From Balanoglossus misakiensis (Eukaryota > Animalia > Hemichordata), in NCBI GenBank assembly GCA_040954595.2, contig CM082585.2, positions 10,156,564-10,220,563 of the forward strand: a DNA stretch of 64,000 bases, given 5' to 3'. A program made the position numbers and the translations under genes. Below the pieces are notes generated by a model that worked only from the letters and a program-made list of their open reading frames with translations, was not told where the DNA came from and ran no database searches. Of this stretch, positions 51,330 through 64,000 are shown piece after piece. Numbering within the stretch: position 1 is the first letter of the stretch; each line of letters begins with the position of its first letter.

Positions 51330-52085
51330 AGTGTAGCAGTGCCTGTTGTCTGTTCAATAAGCAAACCCAAAATGTGGGGAATTATGGATATTTGAATGGT
51401 TATAAGTTGCAGGTTCGGCAGCTTTTAGAGGATAATCCTGGTTCGTCAGGCTGTGCCTGTCGTCCCTCAAAAGGTCTTTCCACATAACAGAGCCAGATCA
51501 TAATTGTAATGAGGGAATCCCATTCTCGTATGCTGTGTGAAGGTCACACATGTATTTTGGGTCTACTTTTTGCATCGGATTGCACGTGATCAAAAGATAA
51601 TGCGTGTGAGGATTCGGAGTGGATATGTGGAACACTGTGACATTGGATTCAAATAGATTTGATGAGTCGTCAGCTTTTATTGGCATCATGACGGTATAGT
51701 ATTAGTAGGAATGGTAACACCCTGCAGGCTTGCGCAGTTGTAAACGCCGAGAAGCCATTTTAAGAAGGTGCGTGTCAAAATCCACACGTGTTGGTTACAC
51801 GTACAAGCACACATGACCATCAGAATTTGTCCCCGCTGCTTGCTCAGGGAGGGAGATCCTGCGTTCACACCAATACATATACCGTAAATTAGAAACGTTA
51901 TAGAAGGCAACGATGCAAGGGGAAAAAACACATTTTTTTGCAATGATGTACATTGTAGCACCTTGCGCCTACTTTGACTTGCTAGCAACTGATTCGTATG
52001 GGCCCCACACGCGCAGCCGCAGACACTTTATTATTTTAATGATCCCAGCTGCGTTCTATCGAATTTTTTTTTATATTTTAGTCAG

Positions 52086-53145
52086 TTAGCGTCTTTGCCT
52101 AGCTGTAATAAGTGAATACCAGTCCATTACTGGCCGAACGAGATCTCTACACAATTGTCCGACGTTACTTCTAGCTCCGAATTCTTGCACCATGGCCGCT
52201 TGGTTCTTCTTTACGATTGGCTGCGTGGCCACGCACTCTGACGTCACTTCCTCATTCTTCCGCCGGAAGTACTCCAAATCTGTCCAAAACGAGGGCCCGT
52301 AACTATCAATTTTCTGCCATAAGGTATTATTAAAATGTTGATAGAGAAGTACATCGGCCCTGGACCAATTGTATATTTTTTCTCGTAGTTTGTCATCCAC
52401 TGGCTTGGGTTTGACCCGCGTGTTCTTGCGAATGTATAGGATGTCATCAAACTCCCAGCATAGGAGTTTTTTCAGAAGTATTAAAGATTCGTCAAAATAT
52501 TCAGCTATCAAAATCAAATCGAACTCCTCATCGAGTTCAAGAATCTTTTGCTTCACAAACGATTCACTGGCGGTTTCTGCTAATACGGGTCCGAAAAATC
52601 GGAGTTGATTGTTTCTACAGTAAGTTTTCCCGCCATACTCGAAACGCCTGGAGTTTTTTGCATATCGCTCAATGTCATTCCAAGCGCCAAAGTAGCCGAA
52701 GAAGTTGATGTGCGACTCAATCTGTACCCCGGGCTCACGGAGAATCGATATGTACGTCGCTTTTCCGCTCATAAACGAGTCCATCGCTTCCCTGGCGTAT
52801 ACCACGTGATTGGCAAAGAGGTCGAACTTGTAGTTCGCATAGTCTCCCTTCTTGACACCGATTGGTGGATGCAGGGAATTTGTCACGTGTTCTGGTAGCA
52901 GGAGAAACCCGCGGAAATGGCCGTTGCTGGTGTTGTTGCGGTTCAAAACGAACGAGAGTTCGTGGTGGTAACCAAATCGGACCAGAAGGCAGTGCAAGGA
53001 GGTACTTCCGGTTTTGTGGGTCTTTATGAAGACAATCTTGGTGACTGGTTGGCACACCGCCGCATGTGGAATATCCGTTGCGTTTCCATACACACCACTT
53101 GGCTGTACCTCAACCACCCCACTACGCATGCTCGGAGTGGAAAAC
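52086..53145 (-). CDS. Galactose-3-O-sulfotransferase family, catalytic exon (N-terminal TM exon not identified)
   Basis: 5'-PSB motif KIVFIKTHKTGSTSL, 3'-PB YISILREPG, FDLILIAEYFDESLILLKKLLCW, DVLLYQHFNNTLWQKI; acceptor tctgcag at 53146. An in-phase candidate upstream exon ends at 54739 (…SKEER|gtatgt) but has no TM segment. Confidence 0.9.
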
Positions 53146-56100
53146 CTGCAGAGATAATCATTGATGAAATAATTCACAAAATGGCAGGCATCGGGGCTTT
53201 AATCATGGAGCTGAAAGGACAATAATAGATAATCAAAAAGCGCTTGTATTTTCTCCGCCTTCATGTCCCAACTTGCGGATCTAACAGGCGCAAACAGTCT
53301 TTCATTCCAAACGGATAGAAATTCATTTATTGATTTTCCATGTACATGCTTGTCATTGTACGTGTGTGAATTTTTATTGACATTTTGGATTTTTGCTATA
53401 TGTATGTGTGTTTTCGCGAGTTACCATTCAATTGCCCAGTTTTGGAATGTGTATTTAGTATTATAGAATCGATTTGAACTGAATATGGCAGTATGGCATC
53501 AGCTTGGGTTAATAACAGTATTCTGTGCATGCCCGTGGAACTCGACCAGTCTTGTTTTATCCTGTGTGACACTTACCCTGCTTGTCTGACTTGTGCCGAT
53601 GGACGGGCTATGTGTGTCATTGCCAGTCCTATTCCATATTCGTACACGACGATGAGGACTCCAATCGAGATTATCGAGATGAGAATCGCCTGGAAGAAAA
53701 TAAGTTAGACAGAGGGCGCTGTGAAGTCAATAGACGCATATCCATGTATGACTATGAAGCACATTATATACAGTGATCTATAAGGGTGCGTGCATGGGTC
53801 GTGTCTTAGGGGTCAGGAAGATATATAAATTGTAAAATTAACATGAAAATTTATCAATTTATCAATCTAACATTTATATCACAGGCCAAATAAATATTGT
53901 TTTGTTAGGAACGGTTGACGCGATTGAAACGCACGACCTATTCTTGCATGGAGCAATATTTACATAGCGAGATACAGCGTGCATGCGATTCATTAACAGA
54001 ACATGCTGGCCTACATAGAAGTAATGTACAAACAGGCTTAAGGCATGGAACAGAACTAAAGACAGCAGTCAGAATTGTCTTTGAAGACAAGTGCAAAGCA
54101 CCATTTTTATGTAGAAAAGTCGTAATGAGCGATCGGTGTCGTATTTAAAATTTTCAGGGCAGGGACTCGCTCAAAACGACAGATAAGTCAGAAAGATAAG
54201 GAGGCAAACGAACTTTGGTGACCGATAAGAATATCAGCAATATTTTTTTTTTTTTTTTGGGGGGGGGGGGGGTTAGTTGGAGTCAATGGCATAAATTGTC
54301 AAATACCGCTGGCAAAACGAGCGGAAATGTTCAGGCTTCCTTCTTCCAACATTTATTTCCGTTCACGGTGCCACTGACAGAAAAAAACATTTGGTCACCC
54401 CAAAACATGTTTATATTAATATCACAGACAATCTGTAATTATACGTGACGTAACGACACGCCCTCTGATGGTACAAAGTGTCAGCGCATCGGATTAGACA
54501 TACATGTAGTAGGTATTGTCACTGCACCTGACACTTGGACACACAGACACACCCATGACGTAACCATTGAGATTGCATGACTCTGTGTTAATTATTTTTT
54601 AACCAAAAATTCTCATATCGAGATGATTCGCGTTTTGTAGTGTCAGATTCTGACCGGTTTCTTTGACGTTTTTATTTTTAGTGAAATGTTCAGAATATAA
54701 AAAATAGGAAACGAACACGTCACCGGTATGTAGGACATACCTCTCTTCCTTAGATACTCGGGAACAGTCAGCCTCGGACTGCATGTGAACAATATTGGTT
54801 TTGTGATAATTATACTCGCGTACCATGCAAGTCAAGTTTTAAGCCAACAAGATAGAAATTTGTCATTGAGATTACTCATCAAATAGTGTCGTACTAACCG
54901 TGTTACAAACAAGTGAACAGCGGCTGCGGGAGCTATAAACTACGAGACTCGACTAATAATTTAAAAGTAGCGGAACTGCCTAAGATTTATTGTCTATTTC
55001 AGTTATTATTCGTATGAGTAGCCAAAACGTTGCTATATTACTAATGATAACAAGGTCATAATTCAAGCCACGTGTCGTTACGATCCGCCATAACACAAAA
55101 TACAGAAATAGTGACATGCTATTTCGGTTTTTTAAAAACTTCACAGCTATGTTTGAACGTTTTTATGCAACACGGGAACCCTAAAACATACTATAGTTTT
55201 TAAAAAAACTTCACAGAACACAGCACCTTCTATACTGCACCTTTAAACCCGACAAAAAAACAACAACCCCAAAACAAACACTCATGATTGCTTACTGATG
55301 ATAGATCACATGTTATTAGTGACCATGTGGCATCAAAATACCTGCGTTGACTGTATTTAACCGGTACTCATTGGTGACAAAGTTAATATGGATAAGTGTC
55401 TAAAATTGTTTTCAACTTGTCTACAAAATCCTCCCAAGGAATGTCAGATATTCATCGTCAACAAAGACACATCAGGACAATCATCGTACTGCCGAAGGTG
55501 GTGTCTGACATCAATGCATTTATAATGTCCATAAGAACTTCATTATATGGACCCGGAAGATCAAAATTGCAGTATATACTGAAGGTCACGGAAGCATGTT
55601 TGCTCGACCAACAGAAGACAGTCAGATTTGTGTAGACGCTAGATTTCATGTTGTTCGAACATGTGTGTGCAGATAACCATGGATACGAAAAGGCTACCTG
55701 TATCCATGTTACAATATCATATAATGGTTTCTACCTTTCATGATCTGATTTTTGAATAACGTTTATCAGCCATTGGCCGTTATACACATAACACGGCTTT
55801 ACAGCAACTCTGCTGTTTGACAAACCTTACTTTGCTTTTATACAATTACTTTTTACTTTTTTTCTGACCGATCCATCTAGAAAAAAAATGTTTTTAAAAC
55901 TGGTCACCTTTACATATTAATTGAGATCTGTTGTTTATCCAGAATAAACGTTATTCTATTTATTCTAAGTAGCCTAGACCTACTAAGTTTCTTCGACTCT
56001 TACCAAGCACTATGTTCGTTCATATTCAACGTGAAGTATAAAAACCAGAAAGTGAACATCATACTAGAATCTGCGTTCCACGCCAGTGCCTTACTTTGTA

Positions 56101-57839
56101 TCGTGTCGACGTAATGGACCAAATTATGTCGTTTACAAGTTGACCGCATTGGGGTTCAAATCGGCAATTTTCCCTGTTGTGGAGAACTGGCAATATTTTG
56201 TACCTGGCGTGTATGTAGACACAAAACAGCCATTTTCAAATTGTCTGTAAATGCCGCACTTGTTTTACTTATTTCTAGCTGTAGACACAATTTTTGCCGG
56301 CTGTGATAAGCGCCTGTTGTTGGAGGGCTTGGCAGTGTGAACGAAACATTGGCCAATGACGCAGGTGGCTCACCTTACGAATCGTTGCAAACTGGAACCT
56401 CGCCATACTTGCTGTATCTTGTCAATTGGCTGCGTGTAATCTCGTCGCGGACTAAGAGATACTGGATGAATCTCGGCGGTCCGGCATCATGCCTGTATGT
56501 CTGTCGATCAGTTGTCCAAATTTACAAGCGGCGTGTTAGGAAGGAGTGTCCAGAAATATCGCCCAGCTTCCATCGTACCGCTGCATCAACACAAAAATAG
56601 CGACTCCCTCGCGTGCGACCAGTGGGACAATACCACTGTGACGTGTGTGCGTGGATGAACTCTATAACGTAGGCCAGAGATAACTGATAACCCAGCCGAT
56701 TTGCTTCCCCAAACTAGGCAAAGGCCTGAGATAGTCCGGTAGACTGCTTCCAAACTCTGTAATTGTGTTAACGAACGCGTAAAACACACCAATTCTTCTG
56801 GAGGTACGACCGGAGAAGTAAAATATGTAGTTTAAAATTACGAAAGACTGGAATGATAAGATAAGGTTATTAAACTGCAGCTGCTGATCCCGGCACGGGC
56901 TTTATTGATTCATATCTTGATCGAGTGTTACGTATACGACTATTTGAGACGAAACGTTTAAATATTAATAATAATCTTAAACTGTTATCCCAGCTCCCGG
57001 TCCCAACCCTTGTCGCAAAACTCATCAATGCTGTTGTGTATTAACGAATTACACAACTATATTGGCCTGAGGGCGATAGAAATCTAGATGGCCGTAATAT
57101 TAAGCATTTCCCTCAGAGTGTTTCCTTCGGAACTGAGAGCTGACACTTTGCGAAGCTTCCAAAACCGACGGGCTATTTCCCACGGAAAAAGAAACGTATA
57201 AGAAAAATATTGGAGTGGTGGCGCCCTTCGAATTAACATTAGCTTTGAAAGTCAATGTTTCTCGACATTATATCGAGAAATTACCTGTTATAGTGCATTT
57301 GCACTTTCTTAGTCTATTCTCCATTTAGCTATAAAGAGATATGCGAAAGGCGCCCTCAGCGAGCCCTCGTCGTGTCACGTACCGCCAAGACTTCGCTTTT
57401 GTGTGATTTGAAATAAAAACAGGCCTTCTCAGTTCAGTGTCGAAACTAAAGTATTTCCACAGAGAAATCACTCCGATGGGACAGATTGAAACCTGCTTAG
57501 CAAACTAATACGTTTGATAATGAAATAAGGGTTTTATAATCACCATAACTTTTCCCTCACAAGATGCATTGACGTAAAGGTAGACAAAAGATGAGCCAGG
57601 GCCCGGACCAATTAAAACTCAAAATGCTATCAGGTTGTCATGGCATCGTTGCAAAACACGGTGTCACGTGTTTCGCTAAATCGCCACTCAGCGGCGAGGC
57701 TTGGCGATGGCATTCAGAGCCGACGAGTGCAGAGCCAGTGAGTAACGTTGCATTTTCACTTTTAGGGACGACAGGACGAGAGAAGCTATATCGTCGATGA
57801 CATATCTGCAGACCTGAAGAAAGTTGCACGGCGAATCAG

Positions 57840-57947
57840 ATGACGCGGCGAAAAGACCTCCAAGATGGCGGCGTTGCGCTCCTCCTGGTCGCGCTGGTCA
57901 CCATAGGAAGTCTTCACCAATTGACAGATGCTTTCAACGCAACTGAG
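57840..57947 (+). CDS. First coding exon (signal peptide) of a secreted or membrane protein continuing beyond the window
   Basis: MTRRKDLQDGGVALLLVALVTIGSLHQLTDAFNATE followed by strong donor GAG|gtaagc; CpG-rich context; no convincing second exon before 64000. Confidence 0.6.
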
Positions 57948-60900
57948 GTAAGCCAGGTGTAGCATTAAGCTTACTTAAAAGAAAACACTACAGTTTTAAT
58001 TCTGTAGACTACTGAGCGGAAAAAACACTCACTGCTGCCGAAACAGCATAGGTAAACTTGCAGCGGGTCTAAATTTTAAGCTGTTTCTTTCAAAACAACC
58101 GGGGAAAAACAATTCACTTAGCGGACGGAAGTCTTGTTATGTCTCTCTTATAAATTTACTTTCCACCTGATTTCCTCACGAATTAAAGTTGCCAGTTCTG
58201 AGAATACATACTTCAATGCGATAACGTTCTTTTACGATGTTGGCAAATCTTTAGAAGATCCTATACCTTGAAAGTTCTTTTAGAGATAAAAAGAAAACGA
58301 CAGCGTGCGTATGACAACACCGACTGAATGGTTTACGACGTATGCATGGTTTAGACATATATAATAGTATTGTAAAAAAAATCAGCAAAATACGGTGCGA
58401 TAAAATGTATTGACTTATAAAAAGCATGTCTTGGCATTTAGACTTTTAATCGCGATAGTAGACCGCGGTTCCGTTGATGCACTGTAAATATTACCTTTAT
58501 GGAACTGTATATGTCAAGACGTCAGGCTCGTCCGTCTTGATTTTTATTCCACTTTGGGAAGAACACGCGGATGAATTCTGCAGTTCTTTAGCAATTTCCA
58601 TCTCAATGAAGCTGTTTACTGTACAGTTTCGTAAAATGATGATTGAGAGTTCCAGAAACAGCGGTGTGAGTTTGTAATGAACATCGTATTTTTACCTGTG
58701 ACCAGTCGGAACTGCAGAATACGTGGTTACATCTCAAATGCGATTTTGGGAGTGTGTGGGAGGGGGGGGGGGGGGATATGCTACTTCTGTTTCTAGAGTT
58801 ACGTGCTAAAAGTTAAAACACCCATAATTTTATTTTATTATTATATTCCTGGAAAATCTCTAAGTGTCGATGGATAATTATTAGATAGGCCAATGCGAAA
58901 GTCGACTGAAAATGAAGACAAGGGTCCCTAGGACACCATAACAGGAATTTACGTGTATTTATGACTTAAAGCATGGTATCATAAATTGTTGTCCGGCTCT
59001 ATGCTTGGCACAGGGCTTCCCCTAGGATTGGCTTTTAAGTGTCTCCGGCGGCAGTCTGTCATAAAACCCTGATGAAATCAGTGGAAACAATAAAATCACA
59101 TAAATGCCGGATTCTTTATTGTACGTTTTGAATGACCCTCGTGGCATTTCGAGATAACTGCCAACAATTATAGAGACCACTCAAACGGACTCGTGGTCAC
59201 GTGGGGTGCGGCGGTCACGTGGGTGCCGCGCCCCTGCAGCAATGGCGTTTGTATTTGCGCGTGAGAATATCACGATTTAATATAGTCAACCTGTGCCTCG
59301 CTTTGTGTGCTCCAATCAGGCACATTGGAGATTGAAGGCGAATTGCTGGTGTGATAGGAGATTGAAATTGCAAAAGAGAATGTAAAACCCTAAATTAAAT
59401 ATGGACCTGGTTCCACTGCGTAATACAACACCCATTTCATCTGTGACTTTCAAACGATCTAAAAATTCGAGCGTAAAGTGAAACTGTACAGAACTGCCCC
59501 TCTTGTAAAAAAAATCAACCTACTTCAACGCTTTTCTGTGAATTCTCAAGGCGCGAGATGTCTTAAGAATGTTTCAGGTAGCTTTTCATCAAAACTCCAT
59601 TACTTATTCTTGTAGCGTTAGTTCAACGCACAGGCTTATGTGTGCCTGCAAGCCGTTGTCTATAGACAGGAAATGAAAGAGTAATTTTCACTCCTTCGTA
59701 TGTGCCTCGCGTACATTGCTTGCTCTCTCGGAAAATTAATTGACAGCGGGCGGTGTCAAAGGGGTCTTAATTACAGCGTATCAGAATGCCGTCACTCAAC
59801 ATTTGTGTTGTCAAGTTAGACCGTAATCAGCTCCTTTAAGAGTGGAGTGCTTGCAAAATGTAGCCGGGTATTGAAATTGAGATATTTTTAAATGATTACT
59901 TTAAACGCATATATTAGAAGGACTTTGCATTGTGCGTAACTGCAAATTAGGAAAAAGGCACCTCGTGTTCATGTTTTCGATAATCCCTGAACGTGTATTC
60001 CTTAATGTGTTTCCTCTGTGACGTGGTCAAACGATTACATCGAAGTGAAGTTGTAGAAAGGACAAATGAATTTTCCATTTGAAACTTTCCGATTGCTTTT
60101 GGTTCAAGAAAACAGCGACGTCACTATCCCCGGCATAGAGGGAAGTGTCTTTCCGGCCATTTCTTTTAGCGACACGGCATTTTTCATTGATGATAGGTAA
60201 TCGTTTTCGTCCTGCTAACTTGCTTGGGGAACTTCACAAGCTAAGTTAATAGGTATAGATATGACAACTCTTACACTTAGGGATAAGATATACAGAATAA
60301 CAGCTAACAGCCAGAATAATGGTTATGTTTTAGCATATGGGAAATAAAATTGATGACGTCACTCACCAACTTTAATATACTTCAGGTTTTCCTTGCGTAT
60401 AAGGCTATATGTCCACCTGTTAACGAAAATCGTTGTGAGTGAGGCCCCCGGCTGACCCGCCAAGCCCGGCATCGAGGTCAACTGTGACAAACAGGGAACA
60501 TCAAGGCGATTTTCGATCAAAGAGAGTTAACCATTTTTGTGATGTTGCCATGGTGACCTGATCACCGGGAGCGACAATTTCGCGGAAATCAACCGCGTAA
60601 TTGGAAGCAAATTGATCTGTATTCAACGGAAGAAAAACAATTTATGAAGTAGAGCTACTGCGGCGTTGATAGAAAAAAATACCGGCATGAAGACCCTATT
60701 TCTTGCGTTTTAATCCACCAGATTTATTTCGCGGTTGTTTGCCACAACGGCGGAATAATAAGCATCCTAGCTTGGCGGTGAACCCATCTGAAGCTAAATA
60801 GGGGACCATTATGCAATCACCGCGACTGATAATTGCGTCGCTTTGTGAGTTGAGTTTGTGTCAGCGGTCGGTTAAGAAAAACTGAAATGCGTACAAAATG

Positions 60901-63900
60901 ACATTGACTTCACGTTCCGCGCTTGATCAGAAAGCAGTGTTCAGATGTAGCATAATGCGGTGCGTTGATTGACGTTTCGATATTGCAGCTTTTCGAGTGT
61001 ACTGGGGGTGATTCGCAACAGCATATAGGGCGATAACTACAACTCGATGCCTGGTAAAATGCTAAAATAACACGTATATTATAACATGCAGGCTTACAGA
61101 CGACACATTACCGTCCAGTGTAATTGGACATAAATTTTATCAAGTGAAGGTATACTGCTATTATCTTTTTCTCGGTACTGATTACATCAGGCAGTGGGCG
61201 ATGCTAATGTCTGGGGCGCCCTAATTTGCCTTGATTGTCCGCTCGGGACCTCGTCGCCTGTTTTAGTCGAATTAACCATCCTGTCTGACGCCAGGGAAAG
61301 TACAGCGAAAAGAGTGCTAATCTAAAACCAGTGAAATCACTCAACGTGATAAGAACAAAGTTTATGTCAATTTAAGCACCCCCGGGTTTTGAAGGTTAAG
61401 GGTAAAGACTTGGATCCAAACAGCGCGCGATCGAACATTTTATTTTAATATTTAACCGGAGAGACAGAAGATATAGATTTCCGCCCCCCCCCCCGTTTAT
61501 TCCATTTAAATTAACCTCTGGAACCCGAGTGCTAATATGTAGAGGTCATTGGTCAGATTAACTGGTCAGTTCAAGATTAGCTTAATCCGCAAAATACATC
61601 CCATGCCGCGTGCAACAGTAAATCTTGGATTACTGGCACAAACACACACACATGCACGGCATCTGCAAATTACTTCTGCTTTAAGCTGCACAAAAACTTC
61701 CACTACGCGGATTTCAATCTGATCTCGTTCTTTCAGGCGTCGTTTTGATGGAGGAAATGGAAAAAATCTCAACTCATGTGATAACGCGTCACTTTCAGTT
61801 TTTTTTTCAAGACGCGGAGGTATACGCGCGTCTCAGGAGGACCTCTCCAGATGATCCCCTCGTTAAACACGCCAGCATTGTCGTAAAGGTTCCAAGCCTC
61901 TTTACGGCACCGACAGATCCTCGTTCGTTACACATTTTCCCGCGGGAGAGGAAAATAAGCTCCGTTGAACTGATTTAACTCAAAAAATCCATAACGACAC
62001 AAATATCAAACCCTAAAGGTATCGTTAAAGTTTACGTTCATAACCTTACCTGAATTTGCAAGCGGAAAAAGATACAGTTTATGTACTCGAAGGTCTAATT
62101 AATGTACACGATTTCAAAAGTCAAAGTTTCTGATTATTTGCGCCCATGGAATGATTGGTCAGTGTAGTCAATGTAGCGCCATTTTCTCATCATTATAATA
62201 AATCAACAGCCTTGAACATTTCAAGGTGATCGTCCTTCTTATATGTACCAACGGAAACACCTGTCATTACTCACGCCGCCATGATAGAAAATTTCCCAGG
62301 TGACCTTTGACCCCGAAGTGTGCGACACGTTCGTTTTCTTCTTGCGTTAAAGTGTATCATCAGTCTCAAAAACCAATGATCTTTTACAAATGCGGGAACA
62401 ATCGATTACTTTCTTCAGCGTTTGTGTTCAACAATGCACGTGAAATATTGATTTTGCATTTTTCTAATTTAAAATCACGGTATTTGGAGAGGCTCGTCAA
62501 TTAACATTCTCCGATAAAATCTCTTTGCTGATCGATGGACTATTCTGGCGGCAACAGAGAACGTCGATAATAAATGGGTTGCCGTGCACTGTTCATTTTT
62601 GAAAATCCTCAATGTCGATTTCACTTTGCATGACATAATTAGCAAGAAATGCAATTCCATTATTTCTAGTGAAATGAACAACAAACTGATGAAGAAAATC
62701 GTTCAAAATGGCATGGCATTTTAAAGATGGCCATTATTAAATATTTGAAAGGTCCACCGTGACTGTACGATTATTCCCCTTTCAATGTATTTTTCATTTC
62801 CCTTAGCACCAAAGCTATTTTGGAACGATTCATACCTGTTGACAATTCATCGGAAAATGTATCGATCCGCGCCCCGACACAGTTGCGGTGGATGAATTCA
62901 ACCTGGTTTTTGCAAGAATGGAATTGTTTTGTGCAATATTATTATATTTCCTATCAGTTCATATGAGGTGCTATTACGGCTGGTTTCTCATGATTGTTCA
63001 TGCATCGGGGAATCTGTAGCGATGAGGTATCGGGCTCTGACGAGAACAGTGATCCACGGAGACACGTATCTGATTCACGTTCATTTATTGTCCAGAACTA
63101 CTCCAGTACATCAAATACGCCCAGTAAAGTACATGAGGAAGGGAACGAACTCAGTAGCCTGAGGTACTCCCATCTCCCGTTAGATTATTTTTTCTAACTT
63201 TGGAAACAAAGTTCTCTTATAATTACTTTTCTCAAGGCGTGGTTAATAATGTAAAATATCACAAATACAATGTGTTACAATTTCATTGGACATCAGTCAA
63301 CTCTATACGTACCAATTTACATAAAGTGTTATATAACAAAGTCAGTTCGGTGATGATTGAGAATCAGAGCAGTCAGTTAAACACCCGCTCTCCCTATCTA
63401 CTTCAAATACATAAAATCAAATACTATCAAACATTGACATTCCCGAGCTCTGGCTTAATTAACCCTTGAAATCGTATTTGACCTTTATACAGATCGTAAC
63501 AGTGCCACGGGAAGTAATTTGCAGCATGTCCGGTGTACACACACACAAACTTTGGTCTCAAGTTCTTTTTTTGTAAAGCCCTCCAAGTTCTATATAGGGA
63601 CAAAGTCGCTCACTTTTAACATTATTCTGGCTAATTTAGTTCCTTCTGACGGTCTATTGAAAATGGTTCTGATGCATTTTGATGACCATAAGCACCAAAG
63701 TCGTTTCGCAGCTAGTAATTCAGAGAGAAAATTGCCGTTTCGGAAGAAGGCCCTCATATAGAAAGCTTTCCTAAAATTTTCCTGCAACATTTAACATGAC
63801 CTGATCGCGTTTTCTCCGCCTTGTCGCATTATGATTGTTAAATGCTTTTAATTATCAAAAATATCCCCACAGTTAACTTGACGGCCTTGAGGTAAAGGAA

Positions 63901-64000
63901 ATCCCACACGTTTTAGTAGGCAACGTCAATACTGCAACGCATTTTTATTGAGGGTCACGACCACGCCGTCACTTTGTATAGTACATGTATCGCCGCAGGG

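Noticed and set aside
62958-63162. Acceptor/donor-bounded segment as possible exon 2 of the signal-peptide gene, with in-frame TGA codons
   Set aside because: Required phase-0 frame has two TGA stops, no recognisable protein and no SECIS evidence; not supportable as exon or selenoprotein.
1-64000. CRISPR arrays, tRNA/rRNA genes, autonomous transposase or RT ORFs
   Set aside because: No repeat-spacer arrays, cloverleafs or transposase/RT motifs recognised; the sequence is spliceosomal-intron-containing eukaryotic DNA.

Overview
Intron-rich animal (metazoan, probably marine invertebrate) genomic DNA; no prokaryotic features, CRISPR, rRNA or tRNA seen. Gene models were built by hand from splice sites and motifs. 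In order: 3' part of ARGLU1 (+); a complete DEG/ENaC/ASIC-like channel (+) with a GC-AG intron, an HG->GG substitution and a large extracellular insertion; a complete BCO1/BCO2-type carotenoid oxygenase (-) plus an orphan inverted paralogous exon; a WxxW-domain mucin-like type I membrane protein (-); NUFIP1 (-); INTS4 (-) with a U12-type intron; a divergently transcribed uncharacterised gene (+); a secreted Cys-repeat protein ending in a peptidase-M15/Hedgehog-N-like Zn domain (+); a Mab-21/cGAS-like protein with a degenerate catalytic site and a Cys/Asp tail ending in the CaaX box CVIM (+); a nucleotide-diphospho-sugar transferase (-); a galactose-3-O-sulfotransferase (-); and the signal-peptide exon of a gene running off the window (+). 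Several short MITEs and microsatellites are present. The most interesting part is 41.7-48.1 kb: a possible bacterial-type peptidoglycan hydrolase next to a possibly prenylated cGAS-like pseudoenzyme. Family assignments rest on recalled motifs, not database searches.
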